From NCBI GenBank assembly GCA_963843145.1, contig CAWJJC010000015.1, positions 1 through 64,000 of the forward strand: a DNA stretch of 64,000 nt, given 5' to 3'. How positions within the stretch are numbered: position 1 is the first letter of the stretch; the number at the start of each line of letters is the position of its first letter. Positions 60,813 to 64,000 of the stretch are shown here, in pieces. The position numbers and the translations under genes are program-made. This DNA comes from an uncultured delta proteobacterium. Lineage in GTDB: Bacteria > Desulfobacterota > RBG-13-43-22. The notes under the pieces were generated by a model. The model was not told where the DNA came from and made no database searches. It was given only the letters and a program-made list of their open reading frames with translations.

Positions 60813-62093
60813 TTACTCTGGATTCAGATATCGCGGATTATAGGGCTCCTTTTTCTTCATGATCGTCCAAGCGATGATCAAGAACTTGGCCGACAGCTTG
60901 ACCCACCGTTTGGTTTTGATCCCGGCTTCTTTGGCCCGCCCCTGCAATTGATCCGTGTAATGTTCGATCCAGGGTCGATGGCGGGTGGAGGCGATAAAGG
61001 CTGCCTGGTATAAGGCATAGCGCAGATCGGCTTTTCCTTTTTTGGAAATGACCGGGATCGCCGTATCCGAGGGTTTCCCGCTCCGCTCGGCGCCCAGATC
61101 CAAGCCGGCCATCTTGAGCACCTGCTTCCGGTTTTGAAAACGGAAGGGATTGCCCAGGGCGCCGATCACCTTGGCCGAAACGTCCGGGCCAAAGCCGGGG
61201 ATGGTCAGCAGATACCCATATTCCGGAAACTGCCGGCAGGTCTCCCGGATCTGTTCGTCGGTCTTCTTAATGGTCTCCCGGAGTTGCCGCAACCCGTCCA
61301 CCATCACCTCGGCCTCGAAGTGGGCCCCTTCCCCCATCTCGCAACCGATGGAGTCGATGGCCAGTTGCTGGATGGTCTTTAAGCGCTGGTGCTGGGCCAG
61401 GGTCTTTCGCCCGGGCACTACCCGCTGGACGAATTGACCGAACTCCAAACCGGCCAGTTCGGAAGTATCCAGGCACCAGCGGACAATCGCTTCCACCTCC
61501 GGCCGCCCGCTAAAACGATCCAATTCGGGGAAATACTGCGCTAAGAGGTGGTTCCGGATACGCACCCGATAGCTGTGTTCCTGCTTCTTCAGCTTCTTTT
61601 TCAGCGACAGCAGGGTGCGCAGATCCCGGAGCCCCATCTCCGGGTACTCGTAGTACAGGCATTTTCCCTGGGAGATCAGGTCGGCGATATTGGCCGCGTC
61701 TTTGCTATCGTGTTTGTCCCAGCGCCCGTCCAAAAGCTCCCGGTTGCGCTTGACCGCTACCCCGGAAACCAGGACCACCATCCGGCCGCATTTAATCAAA
61801 TGCTCTCCCAGCGGCTTGTGATAGTTGGCCGTGGGTTCCAGGCCAAAGACTGCCTTCGGCAGACCCTGGGCCACCTGGACGGCCCTGACCTGGGTCAGCA
61901 ACTTCTCAAATCCCTCGATGGTATTGTCAAAGATCAATCGTTTGAAAAGCGTCTTCCCGGTGGCCGTGCCCAAGAAGGCATGGTGTTTTTCCTTGGCCAC
62001 GTCGATCCCGACGATCAGATGGTCCTTCGATCCCCGGATCTCTTTCTTGAGTTGACGAAATTCCTTGAGCCTGGTATCCTCTACTTCGTTCAT
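60813..62093 (-). CDS. IS110 family recombinase/transposase
   Basis: RuvC DEDD (GIDVAK, GLEPT, KHDSKDA), TIPGFG, conserved SG, SKKG..DLR.ALY. Confidence 0.95.
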   Translation of the reverse strand: MNEVEDTRLKEFRQLKKEIRGSKDHLIVGIDVAKEKHHAFLGTATGKTLFKRLIFDNTIEGFEKLLTQVRAVQVAQGLPKAVFGLEPTANYHKPLGEHLIKCGRMVVLVSGVAVKRNRELLDGRWDKHDSKDAANIADLISQGKCLYYEYPEMGLRDLRTLLSLKKKLKKQEHSYRVRIRNHLLAQYFPELDRFSGRPEVEAIVRWCLDTSELAGLEFGQFVQRVVPGRKTLAQHQRLKTIQQLAIDSIGCEMGEGAHFEAEVMVDGLRQLRETIKKTDEQIRETCRQFPEYGYLLTIPGFGPDVSAKVIGALGNPFRFQNRKQVLKMAGLDLGAERSGKPSDTAIPVISKKGKADLRYALYQAAFIASTRHRPWIEHYTDQLQGRAKEAGIKTKRWVKLSAKFLIIAWTIMKKKEPYNPRYLNPE

Positions 62094-62232
62094 TGAACAC
62101 CTCCTGTTTGAGAGTTGAAGTTTGGTGGAACTTACTTTTTCTCTTAACAGGAGGTTTTTTATTTGGGAAGATTATATGAATTTTTTTTCTGGCGCAGGCT
62201 CTGGAGCCTATTCCAAATTCTGGGAATATATA

Positions 62233-63297
62233 ACGTTGGTTCTAGATTGCATATTTCTGAAGGCAGAGGTCAGGCATTTCCGGAGAGTTTGCCAACCGGG
62301 TAACGGATGAGGTCGTTGTTCCTAAGTAGCGCGCTACTTCCGCCCCTGAATATCCCCATCTCTTGACCGCCAGTTGACAGAAAAGTCTTCGGGTCTTTAC
62401 TACCTTGGCGGCACGGCTTCCGGACCGAACCAAATCCCAATCGGTTCCTTCCGACCGGGAAACCCGGGAGGCCAGTGTCCCCAGTTCAACCTTCCGAGCT
62501 TTGAGCCGGAGAGTTTCCTCTAACCGTTTCTCCGCCTGGGACATGACCTCCTCAATGAACTCGCCGCTCCCCAAAATCCGCTCATCCGAGGCCATCCGCA
62601 GTTCATGCCGCCGCAGAGACAGCACTTGCGACCAACCTCCGGCGCTGCGGATCAAACCCCCGCCAACTAAGTCAGGCCGCCGACCCATCGGGATCCCGTC
62701 GGCCACAAATCCCTCATATTCCGCTCGCGCCTTCCGCAATTTCGGACTAAAAATGGAAAGGATCGATTCGGTCTCCTGCCAGTCCCGCCCTACTTTCCCC
62801 ATCAAAACCGAATGCCCGCTCCAAGGGTATTCCTTTAATTTAGGCAAATCAGCCACCACTCCCCCCCGCAGAGGATTGAGATGAATGTAGCGCGTTAACT
62901 CCAAAAGGTAGGCCTCTTCTTCGCACACGATGGATTTATAGCGATTCTGGAAAAGGTGACCAAACCGTTTATGCCGTCGGTTGAAGTTTACTACATACCC
63001 GGTCATCAATTTTCTCATATTCGTGGAGAGAGGCTGAAGACCGGTACGTACCAATAAATGCATATGATTGGGCATCAGCGCCCAGGCATAGACCACCCAC
63101 GCCCCGGCGCGAGCCCTTTCCTCCAGACGGAACAGGAAATCCTCCCGGTCTTTATGATTTCGAAAGATTTTGGTTCTTTCTATCCCTCCGGCCATGACAT
63201 GGTGCAGAACCCCCGGTGCGTCTAATCGAGCTTGTCTGGGCATATTCAGAATTTATTACACTTCCCCTACTCTGTCAATGCAATCTAGAACCAACGT
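62233..63297 (-). mobile_element. Y1/HUH (RAYT-like) element copy 2; both inverted repeats interrupted by IS110
   Basis: acgttggttctagattgcat (62233-62252) / atgcaatctagaaccaacgt (63278-63297). Confidence 0.85.
62242..63243 (-). CDS. REP-associated tyrosine transposase-like protein, copy 2
   Basis: Same as 55410-56411 except R19G. Confidence 0.92.
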   Translation of the reverse strand: MPRQARLDAPGVLHHVMAGGIERTKIFRNHKDREDFLFRLEERARAGAWVVYAWALMPNHMHLLVRTGLQPLSTNMRKLMTGYVVNFNRRHKRFGHLFQNRYKSIVCEEEAYLLELTRYIHLNPLRGGVVADLPKLKEYPWSGHSVLMGKVGRDWQETESILSIFSPKLRKARAEYEGFVADGIPMGRRPDLVGGGLIRSAGGWSQVLSLRRHELRMASDERILGSGEFIEEVMSQAEKRLEETLRLKARKVELGTLASRVSRSEGTDWDLVRSGSRAAKVVKTRRLFCQLAVKRWGYSGAEVARYLGTTTSSVTRLANSPEMPDLCLQKYAI

Positions 63298-64000
63298 TAT
63301 ATATTCCCAGAATTTGGAATAGGCTCCCGAGCCTGCGCCAGAAAAAAAATTCATATAATCTTCCCAAATAAAAAACCTCCTGTTAAGAGAAAAAGTAAGC
63401 ATCACCAAACTTCAACTCTTAAACAGGAGGTGTTCAATGAACGAAGAAGAGGATATCAGGCTCAAGGAATTCCGTCAACTCAAGAAAGAGATCCGGGGAT
63501 CGAAGGACCATCTGATCGTCGGGATCGACGTGGCCAAGGAAAAACACCATGCCTTCTTTGGCACGGCTACCGGGAAGACGTTTTTCAAACGATTGATCTT
63601 TGACAATACGATCGAGGGCTTTGAGAAGTTGCTGACTCAGGTCAGGGCCGTCCAGGTGGCCCAGGATCTGCCGAAGGCAGTCTTTGGTTTGGAACCCACG
63701 GCCAACTATCACAAACCGTTGGGAGAGCATTTGATTAAATGCGGCCGGATGGTGGTCTTGGTTTCCGGAGTAGCGGTCAAGCGCAACCGGGAGCTACTGG
63801 ACGGGCGCTGGGACAAACACGATAGCAAAGACGCGGCCAATATCGCCGACCTGATCTCCCAGGGAAAATGCCTGTACTACGAGTACCCGGAGATAGGGCT
63901 CCGGGATCTGCGCACGCTGCTGTCGCTGAAGAAGAAGCTGAAGAAGCAGGAGCACAGCTATCGGGTGCGTATTCGGAACCACCTCTTAGCGCAGTATTTC
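63298..64000 (+). mobile_element. Second IS110 copy in inverted orientation, runs off the window (CDS starts at 63437)
   Basis: Reverse complement of 62232 leftwards with scattered substitutions; MNEEEDIRLKEFRQLKK...GIDVAK. Confidence 0.92.

Larger units (their letters stand above)
60484..62234 (-). mobile_element. IS110-family element (long downstream non-coding end, IS1111-like layout), complete copy
   Basis: Removing 60484-62234 restores taatatgggAC|gttggttctagattgcat, matching the empty inverted repeat at 56446-56474; AC core present at both ends. Confidence 0.88.

Overview
Bacterial chromosomal window; gene content and style suggest a Desulfobacterota/deltaproteobacterium (inference). 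Scattered single-base frameshifts may be long-read errors or real decay. (1) 0-2.7 kb: a BrnT-type toxin-antitoxin pair bracketed by ~134-bp direct repeats, an AAA+/DUF4143 ATPase and a decayed vapBC. (2) 2.7-14.6 kb: pxpABC plus an SDR, a divergent class-III aminotransferase/LacI unit, a GC-rich RND efflux pair and a class II aldolase. (3) 14.8-15.8 kb: a group II intron RT relic. (4) 16.2-32.7 kb: a GntR-led catabolic cluster with a DegT aminotransferase, two HpsN/HisD-like dehydrogenases, a creatininase-family hydrolase, CoxDE, a xanthine-oxidase-family Mo enzyme and a tartronate semialdehyde reductase-like enzyme. (5) 32.7-60.1 kb: signalling genes and an island of secreted repeat proteins of unrelated folds that almost all end in the same short [YFW]LP[LI][ILMV]x[RKN] C-terminal motif; part of the island is tandemly duplicated with a Y1/RAYT-like transposase exactly at the junction. 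(6) 60.5-64 kb: a second copy of the Y1 element whose two terminal inverted repeats have each been invaded by an IS110-family element. The complete IS110 carries a downstream bridge-RNA-like structure whose guide segments match that inverted repeat. Top candidates for new biology: the IS110 bridge RNA programmed against another transposon's ends, and the C-terminal YLPL-type sorting signal.
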